Source: Callorhinchus milii (lineage: Eukaryota). Taken from it: a stretch of DNA of 64,000 nucleotides. The notes beneath the pieces are model-generated. The model made no database searches and had not been told where the DNA came from. It saw only the letters and a program-made list of their open reading frames with translations. Each line of letters begins with the position of its first letter. The first letter of the stretch is position 1. The DNA is taken from positions 10,912,001 through 10,976,000 of the forward strand of contig NW_024704760.1 of NCBI RefSeq assembly GCF_018977255.1, written 5' to 3'. Position numbers and translations under genes: made by a program. This document shows positions 12,990 to 25,558 of the stretch, piece by piece.

Positions 12990-13290
12990 GGTCAGCTTGG
13001 CTTAATGGATAGCATTCTGGCCTTTGGGTCTGAAGGTTGTGGATCCAATGCCCAACGCAGTGATCTGAGTTGACACTCCAGTGAAAGAGAGTCGTTGGTA
13101 GTGCTGTCCTTCATCTGAAATGTTAAAACCGAGGTCCCGTCTGCCTGTTCAGGAGGACGATAAAGATCGCCTGACACTATTGGAAAAGAGCAGGGAGTTC
13201 CTACCTGTGTCTTGTTTAACAATCCCCCAGAGTAATGGTTATTCACCTGCTTTCGGATGCTGCTTGATGTTGGCAGTTGCACACATGCTA
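12990..13290 (+). mobile_element. Family B Deu SINE, degenerate
   Basis: Head gtcagcttggcttaatgg...ctgaaggttgtgg and core aaaccgaggtcccgtctgcctgttcagg. Confidence 0.75.
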
Positions 13291-15482
13291 CGGTCCTGCT
13301 CCACAAGCTCCTGAATGGGAAACACTTCACTAATCATTGGTGCTTCTAACGCTCAGTGTGTCTCTGGCTATGCACAGGCTGACCATTCAACCTAGTTACA
13401 GACATTCTGTCTGTCAATCCTCTGAGCCCAGAGAGATGACAGACTGATAGCTGCAAGGAGGGCATGAATAATAAATTATCTCAGTTGACTAGTCACGACA
13501 CTAGATTTTTCACAGATTGCTGCAAAGCACGGATGCAGTCAGACTCAATCACATCCAGGAGGAACGTCTGAGATACTGAGAGTACATTTCCATCGTCTTG
13601 ACAGATCAGCCAGTGCTCTGCTGACTTGACACACCAGCAAATTCCTTGTTATAGGAAAGAAAGAACTTACATATTTTTAGTGCATTAATATTTAAGCTAC
13701 CTTCTCGTTTCCAATAGTGCCGCAGGATCATTAACGTCCATCTGAACAAGCAGAGGGCACCTCACCCCTTTGATCTTGTGCTTAACAGTCATCTCTGTGT
13801 AAACTGTCATTGCTTCACAAAACATTCTGTGTGTTCAGCTCACAACATTGTCGCACTGGGAATAAACCGGGACAACATACATTAACAGGAGGTCAATACC
13901 AAACCAAGACCTGAAACTGATAATTCATTCACCGTTGACAATCGCATTGAATTTTCACCTCACCCACCACTGAAATAAAATGGAAAATTTTGGGAATTTA
14001 TTTGTGAAAAAATAAATGCGTCAACTCTAAGTTTTTCAAAGGTTCTTTAAACCTGCAAATACACAATGTCCTCAGAAGTGGTCAGGTTTCTGCACCAGTT
14101 AGCCAACGGCATCGCAACAACCAACATGGGGAGCTTAACGGTGTGAGGACGTTCCAGCGCCTTGGGACATCCTCCTGACTTTAAAGGCGCTATACAAATG
14201 TAATTTTATTGTTGTTGAAGCTAAGGAGGTTCCAGCAGTGCAGCACACAAGTGGAAGTCTGCAAATATCAGTCTAAGATGTGTGCACAGCCGCAGATACT
14301 CATAAGACCGATAAATCATCAGAGCTACATCCCATGCAACAATGAGTTACCTATCTGTGTACACAAATGCACACAATGGGGTTTGTGTGTTCACTGATCC
14401 ACACAATAGGCTCTCTCCGTACACTCTATGCACTCAGTGGGCAAACAGCTTGCACCTATCAAACTGTACTAGACAGTGAGGCACAGTGTTTGGCAATATT
14501 GCTGCCAATGGCCACCTTATCTATCTTGATAGCTCTGTCTGTGGAGGTGGAGAATACATTACCACCCCGAGAGCTGGCTTTACTCTGGCAGCATTGGAGG
14601 GAGGAGATAAAGGTCAGTATTTTGCAAGCCAAGGTTTTCTGCTCACCAATACTGAATGAGCGGCACACATCAACCCTGGGATCAGAACGGTCTGCAGACA
14701 CATACACACTTGGCACACGTGTGATTATGTATGTGTGTAGCCATTGGTACAGTGTAAAGAGGATACATTTCACAGCATTGACAGACGAGGTGTTTCTGCT
14801 ACAATAGTCTCTGCCATGTGGCATCAGACACACAGACAATGGACTATATCCACACAGTCTGTTAGTCTCAGTCTCAAATATAAGATCTTCACACACTCAC
14901 AAGCACATAACTGATCTTACTCAATACCAGATTCACTCACAAAATTGGCACCAACCATACTAATGGTGCTAATCCTTTAGTTAGGTTGAGTTTAAGGTTG
15001 GGCTGAAAGATGGTTGCGAGATGCCACCTGTGTGAAAGGCGCTCTATTAATGCAGGTGGTGTTGTTGGCAGTAGTTAACAATAGACTATCACTGCTATAG
15101 GGTGTGCACACTATCCTAGTCCCAGATCCAACATGCACTCACAGTTACTCAATGGAGTCCGCCAGTACATTGGACATGTCATTAGTTTCCATTTCAATCT
15201 CAAACCCAGATCCAAAGACACAGAATAGCCTCATGGAGTGTTGTCAACTGGTGGGCCCTTCCATGCAAGTTTCCCTGGAGCCTAGTTACCACTGGCTAAA
15301 GGTTGGGTGGCAGGAGATTTTAAGCATGCGATGTACGCTGCCAAATAAAACGCCTTTCTCTGCAATACTTGATTTGTCTCCATTGGAAAGGGAGCAGAGC
15401 TGGCACCAGTGTTGCTGATGCTGGGATGAGGAGGGATCTTTGTGGTATTCCTGTAGGTTGCACTGAGCTGGCGACGAAGAGT

Positions 15483-15583
15483 TTATACGTAGATTCCTTC
15501 CTGGTTGAAGTTGGAGATCTGGAGATCCTTCACGTTGGCAGGATCCTGTTGACAATTGAGGGGCGTTGGCTGGAGTAGAAACT
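15483..15583 (-). CDS. RASSF7/8-family gene, last coding exon
   Basis: ctcctcag|AG TTT..., phase 1; EFLLQPTPLNCQQDPANVKDLQISNFNQEGIYV*, ending in the FNxEGIYV C-terminus typical of RASSF8. Confidence 0.9.
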
Positions 15584-15649
15584 CTGAGGAGAGAAGAGGA
15601 CAGGAGTGAAAGAATTAGATTGGTACATAACTGGTCCTCATACTATCAG

Positions 15650-17410
15650 AGGACCAATCTGTGCTAGCATTCTCACCTCTGAGAAGGAGGTTTGTGGTTC
15701 AAGGTCCATGTCAGGATGTTGAACTCACACTCTAGGCTGACACTCCAATACAGTACTTGAGAATTCTGAAATGTTGGAGGTGCCTTCCTTCTGATGAAAC
15801 ATTAATCTGAGGCCCTGTTTGACTGTTCATGTGGTCCGTTCATAAAGAGAAGGAAGTTTTTCCTGGTGTCCTGGCCAGCAATCTCACTTATAAAATTAGT
15901 TATTCACATGGTTGTTTGTGGGACATCGCTGTGTGCAAATTGACTGCTGCGTTCACCCACAAAACAGTCATGACACATCATGGTAAAGTCCTGTGAAGCA
16001 CTTTGAGACATCTCAACAATGTGGTAAGGCATGATACCCACAAAATACAGTCAATTCACTTTACTGTATATTCTGTGAAGTGCTTTGAGACGTGATAAAT
16101 ATATCAAATGCAAGGATTATTATTACACCAAAGGATTATTACCATTATTACTGTACTATTATTTCTTGGTTAGCTTTGCCATATTCTCAAGGACATGAAG
16201 GCATTTTAAAGTTAGAAAGCAGTTCTTTAAGTCAATCCACTGGGAGCAAGTGGAGCCTGGTAAGGAATGGCCATCTGGTTGCCTACAAATACCCAGTGAC
16301 TACACAAATCCTGTGAAGCACTTTGGGAAATGTGGTGTTATTAGATATAAATTCAAAAATTATTATTATTTGTAGGCAAGAGGCCCATTTGCAGCAATGT
16401 CACCCCAGACAGTAATAACAACAACTACAACAAATTGTATTTATACAGCACCTTTCACTTTGAGATGACGTCCCAAGGCATTGGACAGTCAATGGTTTGC
16501 ATCCGAGCTGGGGGTTGGAATCAAGAGGGGTGGGGGGCCAAGGTGAATGAGGTGGGAAGATGATCAAAGAGGAAGGCCTTGTGACAGGCCTTGAAGGACA
16601 CCGGGAGAAAGTCTCTTTTCCTTTCAAATAGGCTTTAGTCAGAAAGTTGTGTGTTCAAGCCCCATGTCGCGATTTGGACTCGCAAGGTCTAGACTGACAC
16701 TCCAATACAGTTCTGGGGTGTATTGCATTATTGGAATATGGCCCTTTGGATGAAACGTTAAACCAAGGTTCTGTCGGCCTGTTCAGATGGATGTTAAAGA
16801 TCCTGTGGCACTATTCGAAGAGTGAAGTGTGTTTCTCCCGATTCCTGGCCAACAATCCCCCAGATACATTTGATCATTCACTTCATGGTTGTTTGTGGGA
16901 CACTGCTGTGCCAAATTGGCTGCCGTGTTTGGGAGGCAGGACCTCAGTTTAACATCGCACCCAAAGGACAGCACCTCTATCAATGCAGCAATCCCTCAGA
17001 ACTGTATCGGAGTGTGTCAGCTTAAACGTGAGCTCACAGATCCCGACATGAGGCTTGAAAACACAACATTCTGACCTGGAGGCGAGAGCACGAGCAACAG
17101 AGCAAGATTGAGAACCCACTGAAACTAGTGAAGAAGCCTGTGGACAACTCTGTAGTAGTAGTAATAATAATAATCCTTGCATTTGTTATAGCACCTTATC
17201 ACGTTGTTGAGACATCTCAAAGTTATTTTTGAAGAGATTATTACCCACGGAAAAGTGATGCACCAATTGACTAACAACAGGGTTCCTACTTATTGCTCGG
17301 TAAACAGAGGCATGTGGAGTAAAGAAATTTGCCTAACGTTTCGCCCCACCCAGGAATTGAACCCGGGTCCTCGCAGAGCGAGTGCTCTCACCACTGAGCT
17401 GCAGGGCTCT
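15650..17410. mobile_element. Cluster of Deu-type SINEs and an L2 tail (family B + at about 15650-16150 and 16640-16930; minus copies at about 16945-17100 and 17165-17410)
   Basis: Repeated heads, cores and atcaaatgcaaggattatt tails. Confidence 0.8.
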
Positions 17411-17426
17411 TTCTGCATTTGCTCAC

Positions 17427-17559
17427 CTTTTCCCTTAGCCTGAGCGGGAGCTTCCTCTGAGGGTAGAATGCTGATCCTTGAGCCCGTGCGTTGAATGAAC
17501 TGCAGGAGGTTTATCTGTCGCAGGTCCTTGGTCACATCCTCCAGCTCCTGTTGTTTCCT
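17427..17559 (-). CDS. RASSF7/8-family gene, coding exon 3
   Basis: 133 nt, gatgcag|AGG...AAAG|gtgagc; RKQQELEDVTKDLRQINLLQFIQRTGSRISILP, homologous to RASSF8 [25 protein letters not shown]. Confidence 0.93.
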
Positions 17560-19189
17560 CTGCATCAGGAAAAGAAAAGCCGGCATGTCTTTGCGTTCTA
17601 CAACAGACTTATTGCAAGTGCTTGCACTTCCCTTCCAGGATTGTGTTGGGAATCGCTGCGATTAATGCAGAATCAATTGGTATTTAAAGTATTTAAGTTC
17701 AGATATTTAAACATCTCAAAGCATTTCACAGAATATACTGCAAAGTGAATTGACTGTATATTTTGTGGGCGAAACACGACAGCCAATTGCACACAGCAAT
17801 GTCCGTTGGGGAGTTGGGATTAAACAGGGTTGCGATAGTAGTTAATCTGTGCATTTGATATTAGCATTTGAGACTCTCAACAATGTGATGAGGTGCTATG
17901 TCAAATGCAAGGATTATTATTAGCATCTATAACTTCTCAAAATATTTCACAGTATTTACTGTAAAGTGTAGAGACTGTGTATTGGTATGCAAACACAACA
18001 GCCAGTTGCGCACAGCAATATCCCGCAAACAGCCTTGGACTGAGTGACCAATTTTGTTTGAGGGGATTGTTGACCGGGACATTCGAATAGTGTCATGGGA
18101 TCTTTAACGTCCACCTGATCAGGCAGACGGGACCTCGGTTTAACATCTCACCTGAAGGACGTCACCTCTGACAATGAAGCACATTCACAACACTGAACTG
18201 GAGGGTCAGCTACAAATTGAGCTCAGAAAGGTGGAAAAAGGGAGTAAAGGCTCACTGAACCTTCTCTTAATAATATTACTAGTGATAATAATTCTTGTAT
18301 TTGATATAGCGCCTTTTCACATCTTTGAGACATCTCAAAGCGCTTCACAGAATATACTGTAACAAATCAATCGTGGATTGAGTGTCCCTAATTTTTTTAA
18401 ACGTGATTATTACCCCCAGAAACACAACCTGCTCTCAGTTCCCACCTTCCTGGCGAATTTCAATGAAATCAAGTTCACTTGCAACAGACTCTTCTGCAGT
18501 CTTGTATAGGCCAGAAGTATGAACTTTGTGCATTGTTTGAAGTTTCTCTAATAAATAAAAACATCCTTGGCTGCTTAAACCTTCATGTGAGATTGTCTTC
18601 TGGTTACAGGCCCCCAGGCTCCTCTTCTCCTACCCCCTCCTCTCTCACCATCATCATGACCAAAATGAAACCAACCATCTGCTCCCTCGACGCCATCCCT
18701 AACTCCCAGCTCCACCTCTTTATGATATTATTATTGTTGTATGATACTGCAGTGTAGGAAGAGTTAAAGGTTCAAGGTCCGTGAATGTTCAGTGTGATAT
18801 TTAACATAACGACCTACCACCTGATTGCAACCTGACTGGCATTATCTCAGCTCCTCTCTGGCTCACACTGGGCACAGTAACCCTGCCCGCGAGGCAGATC
18901 TGTAACAGTGACAGAATGGTGGTCTCCGTCATTGCCGTGGCAATTCCCTTGGGAAGGGGGGGTGGGGGGCAGAGAGGAATAAAAGCATTCCCTGAATTGC
19001 TCTCCTGCTGACGTTTAATTGACAGCTCCGTGCTTCACGCTCTCTAACCCGATAAGGTTGTTCCATTTCGATGCATTAATTAAGCAAATGTGATTGAAGC
19101 TTGAGATAGTGTCAGGCTGTGGATTATGCTCATACACCAGAGGTAGTTCCACACAGACCATCACAGCTTTCTGTAAATCAAGTGGAGTC

Positions 19190-19850
19190 CAGTAGTGGAA
19201 TGGTTAGCATGCTCGCCTCGCGAGCGTAGAGGACTCAGGTTCGATTCCCGGGCAAGGCGAAGCTTTGTTTCTTTGCTCCACAGACCTCTGTTTACCTTGC
19301 GGTAAATAGGAATCCGGTTGTTAGTCGATTGGCAGATAGCTTTTCTGGCAGTAATAATCCCTCAAAAAAAATTTCAATCCACGTGTTTGTAGGACACTGC
19401 TGTTCCCAATTTCTTTATTTTCAGTACCAGCCTTTCATGCGGAATTCCATCAAAGGCCTCACTGAAATTCAGATATATAGCATCCACTGTCTTACCCTCG
19501 GCAAGCTCCTTTGTCACACAATCAAACAGAAACAGTAAATTAGTTTGGTCTGACCTCCCCTTCATAAACCCATATTGACTATATTTTATCATTTTATTAC
19601 TGTCTAGATGCTCCATGATTTTGTTTCCAACAAGAGTCTCTATAACTTTACCCACAATGGTAAATAATGGTAATAATCCCTTAAAAAACAATCCACGCGT
19701 TTATAGCGCATTGCTGTGTGCAATTCGCTGCTGCGGTTTGTGCACAAAATACACAGTCCCTGCACTTTACACAGTCCCTACACGCTCTTTGAGACGTCTC
19801 AACCATGTGATAATGCGCTATAATCAAATGCAAGGATTATTATTATTATT
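19190..19850 (+). mobile_element. Family A SINE interrupted by a minus-strand CR1 RT fragment (about 19420-19655)
   Basis: SINE head at 19190, CR1 segment QYGFMKGRSDQTNLL/IYLNFSEAFDGIPHERL, SINE core and tail resume near 19665. Confidence 0.8.
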
Positions 19851-20127
19851 ATTAAATTCATGTATTAGAAATCCTTGGGCCAATCTTCCTGCCTGTCTGC
19901 CTGTACAGTCAGATGTTAAAGATCCCACCACACACACCTCTTGAAAAGAGGTATTTCTGACCAACAATCCTTCAGATAAAACTGATCATGGTTGTCCATG
20001 GGACGTTGCTGAGCACAAATTGGCTGTCAAATTTAGTGTCAATCCATGTTTGTCCCTACACCTTAAAGATAAGCACTTTGAGACGTTTCACACGTTATAA
20101 GCGCTGGATCAGTTGTAAGGATTAGTG

Positions 20128-20420
20128 GAGTCCTGTAGCTCAGTGGTTAGAGCATTCGCTTTGCCAGCAAGAGACCTGAGTTCAATTCCAGGCAGAGGGC
20201 AAAACCTTGGGCAAGTTTCCTTACTCCACACAGAGCCTAATAATAATCCCTTCAAAACAATAATAAATTGGTTATTTTCGATCCACGACTGTTTGTGGGA
20301 CATTGCTGTGCGCGTTCGCCCACAAATATAGTCAATTCACTTTATAGTATATTCTGTGAAGCGCTTTGGGACGTCCTCCCGACGTGAAAAGCGCTTTATC
20401 AAATGCAAGGCTTATTATTA
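20128..20420 (+). mobile_element. Family A SINE, internally deleted subfamily
   Basis: ggagtcctgtagctcagtggttagagc head to gcgctttgggacgtcctcccgacgtgaaaagcgc tail. Confidence 0.9.
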
Positions 20421-21164
20421 TTCTTGTTGTTTTCCTGCACAGAGTGAGTTACTGAGACGGATCAGATGGGTATGCGATTGAGAAGCTCTCCAGTGCCCTC
20501 AACTGGTGAACTTGCTCAGATACCTTTGCCTGTGAGTGTCCAGAGACGGCTCGGTCACACAGCAACAACGTGATATGTACAGCGATGTCATGCAGGAGAG
20601 CGCCTCAGATGCTGTGACTGGTGTGCGGCAGCGGGTGGGGGGGGTGGGGGCGGTAAGGGGGTGAACATGTATTTAATACAGACCTCCACACAGCAGGATC
20701 ACCCCATCTCTGTATGCACAACCTTGTTGGAGCCAATCAGTGGCCCAGAGGTAAACGCACTCCAATTTCTGTCTCAACGCTCAGACCCACGGCTGAACTG
20801 CGTGTGTGTGTGTGTGTGTGTGTGTGAATGTCACAGCTCACACCTGATGACTGGGCCAGATGCTGCAATCACCCAGTGCCTGTGAAAGAATGCACCCCAG
20901 TGTGCCAGCCTGGGACAGTGCGAGCACCCTCACAGGGTCCAAGGTGCTACTCCGATGCAGGGCTGGGGCTGTGTTGCAGTGTCGGAGGTGCTGTCCTTTG
21001 GATAAACCCAGGTCCTGTGGGATCTTTAACATCCACCTGTCCAGGCAGACAGGCAAGAACATTGACCCAGCGATTCCTGCTTCATCAACATGAGTTGGTA
21101 GGAGTTGCACGGGTCTGTCTGGAGCTAAAAGTGAGATATGAGCACAGTTCACAGGTGCTAAGAT

Positions 21165-21300
21165 AATAATAATAATAATTCTTGCATTTGATATACCGCC
21201 AATCTACTGGTAACCGGGAGTAAGGAAACTTGCCTAAGGTTTTGCCCTGACCAGCTCTCACTTGCGAGGCGAGTGCTCTGACCACTGAGCTACAGGAATC
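21165..21300 (-). mobile_element. Family A SINE, head joined directly to tail
   Basis: Reverse head ctctgaccactgagctacagga and (aat)n tail about 60 bp from the RASSF large-exon donor. Confidence 0.8.
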
Positions 21301-21357
21301 CCCAAGGAGGAGGAACAGGAGCAGTTGGTGAGAAGCTGGTGTGACCGACCCACTGAC

Positions 21358-22244
21358 CTGTATTTCCTCTTGCGCCATCTCGACGGCCGCCTCCACCTCC
21401 TGCACCTCCTCCTCCAGCCTCAGGCCCTCCTCAGCCGTCACTCTCAGCTCTTCCTTCAACTCGAGGAGCTTGTCGGCGAGCTCCGCCCCCTCCCCAGTGC
21501 TCTGAGCCTCCCTGTGAGTCTCAAGAGCCTCCTCCAGTCCCCGAGCATTGCCCTCGCACTCCGCCAGCTTCTCCTCGCACTCCCTCAGCCTCGCCTCCAC
21601 CTCCTCCAGCTGCTGCCTCAGCTCCGCCCTGTGGAGCTCCTCTCCTTTCAGCTCGTTCTCCCAGAATTCCACCTGCTCGGCCCCTGGCCCTGGTCCCTGC
21701 AGACGGGCCGCCTCCTGGCTCTCCTCAGGCTCTTCCCTCGCTTTCAGCTGCTGGATTTCCCCCTCGCTGGCCTCCACCTGTGCCTGCAGGCTCTGCAGTG
21801 CCTCCTGCTGGCTGGCGAGGCGCTGGCTCAACCCCAGGGCCGTGTCCTCCCCCTCACCCTCCGGCGGGACTTCCTTCTCAGGCTGCTTGACCTTGACCTT
21901 GCATTCCCTGCCCTTGCCCAGGGATTCCAGCCACTCTCGCGCCCCTTCCGCAAAGGTCAGCGATTTCCTCTTGGGCTCCTTGGCGGGATGGTGGGCTTTC
22001 TCGCTCTTGTTGCGCAGCTTGGCCAGCGGGGGGAGGCTCTGGCGATGCAAGTTCCTCTCAGGCCCCCAAGCCTTGGCCACCGGGGCTCTCTGGCTGAGGG
22101 ATGGCCCCGTGCGGTTCAGGATCAGCTGCACCTCCTTGACTTGTTGCCCCCATTTACTCAGCGATGCCAACAGCTTCTCATCTGGGGTGAAATGCCTTTC
22201 AACGTCTTTCCGCTTCTCCTTCAGAGTGTACCGTCCCGGGCAGC
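21358..22244 (-). CDS. RASSF7/8-family gene, large coding exon 2 (RA domain end and coiled coils)
   Basis: 887 nt, ctacag|GCTGC...ATACAG|gtcagt; GRYTLKEK...LSKWGQ...VQLILNRTGPSLSQR...RQSLPPLAKLR...EPKRKSLTF...EFWENEL, all RASSF8/7 motifs. Confidence 0.95.
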
Positions 22245-22811
22245 CTGTAGGCGGGTGGGGGGGGGGTGGTGGGGGGTGGGGGGGGGGGGGGGGCGGCAGT
22301 GGGGGGAGCGGAAATGTGGAGGAGAGAGACAGAACTTGTCTTTATTGTGTTTTAAAAATAAAAGAATAATCGTTGCATTTAATACAGCGCCTTATCACGT
22401 CGTCGAGACGTCTCAAAGCGCTTCACAGAATATATAGCGGAGTGACTGTGTATTTTGTGGGTGAAACGCAGCAGCCAATCGCACACAGCGGCGTCCCTCA
22501 AATGGATTGAGTGACCACATTTTTTTTTTTAATTTTTTTTTTTTAAATGGTTTATCTTTGCATTATCAAAACATCGGTGCGGCCGGGGGCAAATAGTCAA
22601 CACAATTAAGCAAATGATCCAATTTATTGAACCGTCCTTGCATTTCCATTTGCCTTTGTTTGGTGGATGCTCCAGTCCTGGGTTGCACTGCATTGTCAGA
22701 ACTGCAGAAATTCACAGCCCGGCTGAAGCCCATCATGTCTGTGATGCTCTATTGGGAGACCATCCATTCGGTCCCATTTACAAGCCTTTTCCCAGGCTCT
22801 GCTGATATGTC

Positions 22812-23560
22812 AGCCTGGTGCAACGGTAGCCTCTCACCTCTGAGTCAGAAGGCTGTGGGTTCAAGCCCCACAAGGGAACGTGGAATCACATAATCTAAAA
22901 TGAGATTCCAATGCAGCGCTGGGGGTGTATTGCATTGTCCAAGGAACCGTCCTTCGGATGAAACGTTGAACCGTCTGCCTGTTCAGGTGGATGTTAAAAA
23001 AAACACTACTCAAAAAGAGAAGGGAGTTTCTCCTCCTGGTGTTTTGGCCAAAAATCCCCCCAAAAAACTGGTCACTCACTCCATGGCTGTTTGTGGGACA
23101 TTGCCGTTTCATCCACAAAATACACAGTCACTCTACTTGACAGTATACCCTGTGAAGCGCTTTGAGACGTCTCAATGACATGATAAGGTGCTATATGGAG
23201 TCCTGTAGCTCAGTGGTTAGAGCACTTGCCTCGCAAGCGAGAGACCTGGGTTTGATTCCCGGCAGGGCGAAATGTTGGGCAAGTTTCCTTACTCCAGACC
23301 CCTCAGTTTATTCAGCAGTGAGTAGGAATCCAGTTGTTAGTCAATTGGAGAATTGCTTTTTTTGGAGATAATAATTGCTTCAAAAAATTAATAAAACTAA
23401 TTTGGTCACTTCAATCCACGACTGTTTGTGGGACGCTGCTGTATGTAATTGGCATTTCGCCCACAAAATATAGTCAATTCCTTTACAGTATATTCTTTTA
23501 AGTGCTTTGAGACGTCTCAAATATGTGATAAAGCGCTACATCAAATGCAAGGATTATTAT
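22812..23560 (+). mobile_element. Tandem family B SINE (about 22812-23195) then full-length family A SINE (23197-23560)
   Basis: Two different tRNA-like heads, each followed by the same Deu core and tail. Confidence 0.88.
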
Positions 23561-23829
23561 AATACATTTTGATTCATAAAATGCCCTTCATGTCGGGAGA
23601 ACATTTTATTTATTAGATCATTGAAAGATAGTTTAGTCCCATTTCCTTGCTTTTTCTCCATTCCCCTGTAAGGGGGTAATGAAAATATTGGCTTAATGCA
23701 GTGTAATAATTGATCTCTAATGTAACCTGATCTGAAAGCATTCTCTCCCCCAACGAGCAGAGTCGGACGCTGGAAGATGCAAGTTTGTTGTGGAATTCAA
23801 CCTCACTGTGCGAGCCTAGGGATGGTTTA

Positions 23830-24150
23830 CGGGAGAGTCAGAGGGAGAGAGACAGAGGGAGGGAGAGAGACACAGAGGGAGAGAAAGAGAGAGACAGAGG
23901 GAGAGAGAGACAAGAGGGAGTCAGAGAGAGTCAGAGGGAGAGAGAGTCAGAGGGAGAGAGAGAGAGTCAGAGGGGAAGAGACAGGGGGAGAGAGAGAGTC
24001 ACAGGGGCGAGACAGAGGGAGGGGGAGAGTCGGGAGTGGGGGTGAGAGACAGAGGAAGAGAGAGACAGAGAGCGGCACAGAATGTGATTTGAACGACAAG
24101 GCAGCGACACAGAGGAAAGAGAGAAAGAAACAGAAGAGAAGAAGGAAGAG
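23830..24150. repeat. GA-rich polypurine low-complexity tract
   Basis: Degenerate gagagacagagg repeats. Confidence 0.9.
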
Positions 24151-24519
24151 ACAGATAGTAAACAAATAAAGAATCTGTGTCTTTTACGTTGGAAGGACAC
24201 CTCAAAGCATTTACTGGGAAGTGTAGTGACTGTGTATTTTGTGGGTAAACACGGCGGTCAATCAACACAGGAGTAAACAGTATGTTTTATATCAATGAAC
24301 AATATCCTAACTTACTCCAAAATATGTACGAGTAAAGACACAAAAATATGTCTGGAAACGACACAAAGGAGAGAGGACGGAAACCAGAACAAATCTAAGC
24401 AACAAACATCTGGGGAAAACACTGACCTATCTGCAAACAAGACCTCTGGTGTTCATTGGTTGCAGTGTGACCTCTCTTTCTCCGGAGGGAGCTGCAACCC
24501 TTAACAGGCTGCTTTTTAT

Positions 24520-24740
24520 TTGTTCAGCCGGGTGTCTGAGGTGTGCGGAAACCCATCACCGTGGTTAAGAGTCTCCAAACCAAGCTGGGAATTCCATGCA
24601 TCCCACCACACATGGAAATCCCAGAGATAGATGCTCTCTCCTTGGAGGGACGTATCCTGTTTACCAAATTCCTGAAAATTATTAGGAGCAGGTTGGCGAG
24701 AGCCAAGGTTTGGGGACCCCAGAGTGTGCGTTGGATACAA
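24520..24740 (-). mobile_element. Unclassified non-autonomous element with RTE-like 3' end (family R), 3' half
   Basis: Shares sequence with 29750-30030, 31870-32345, 34770-35230, 38060-38290, 48610-49150 and 59170-59290. Confidence 0.7.
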
Positions 24741-25455
24741 AGGAAGGACTGCAGTGGGAACTATTACTCTGTTAGTCTACTGCAGTATCTGTGACCTTCC
24801 ACAGAGGGAATAACTTCCACAAAGCCCAGGACTGCAGTGACTTTTAGATTGAACTGAAAGTTGCAAACAGTTGAAAATGTTTCAGATGTTTTCCAGAAAC
24901 ATTGTGAAGAAACATAATGAAAAAAATATTCCATTCCCCAGGGATGGTCTACAATCGTCTCCTTGGTCTCCTTGGAGGCTGAACTGGTTTCAAGGTGACA
25001 TGGCTGGCAATGGGATGTCGGAATCGAGCCAGCCCTCTGTGATGGTCTCTAGTCTGGTTCCTGAGCCAGGCAGGTCCGCAGTATCCCAGGACACTACCGC
25101 TCACAGCACAGCCCATCGGCAGGACCTGGAAGGACACAGCCCTAACACATAGGGTGGCCCTGTCTGGGTAAGCAGTGGGAAAGCTTGCCAGACAGCATAC
25201 AGCAAACGCTTTTCTGGGGGTAGTAAACCCTTTAAAAAAAATAATAATTTGGTCTCTCAATCCATGACTGATTGTGGGACATTGCTGTGCGCAAATGGCT
25301 GCTGCCTTTCGCCCACAAAATACAGTCATACACACTTTACAGTTTATGCTTTGAAACATCTCAACTGCGCGATGAGGCGTATATGACATGTAAAGATTAT
25401 TATTATATTTGTTACTATTATAAACATATAAACAGAGAGCAGACCCTGTCCTTAC

Positions 25456-25558
25456 CCATGGCTTGTGCCAGAGCGATGACCACCTCCTGACAGGTGGTGT
25501 TCTCGTTCACCCCACAGACCACCCGCTGGATTCCGTCCACCCACACCTTGAGCTCCAT
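25456..25558 (-). CDS. RASSF7/8-family gene, first coding exon
   Basis: ATG at 25558; [35 protein letters not shown], 103 nt, donor ATGG|gtaagg. The exon begins at acceptor tttgcag|C at 25672. Spliced CDS is 1224 nt = 407 aa plus stop. Confidence 0.96.

Noticed and set aside
21325-22437. Plus-strand ORFs of 370 and 273 aa
   Set aside because: Antisense shadows of the GC-rich RASSF coiled-coil exon, with no recognisable domain.
23197-23275. tRNA-Ala-like cloverleaf (also at 3385, 19190, 20128, 35930, 43085, 51770, 62240)
   Set aside because: Each continues into a SINE core and L2-type tail and copies are variably mutated. These are SINE heads, not tRNA genes.
15483-25558. Assigning the symbol RASSF8 or RASSF7
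   Set aside because: The family is clear but orthology is not. Synteny argues for a separate paralogue.
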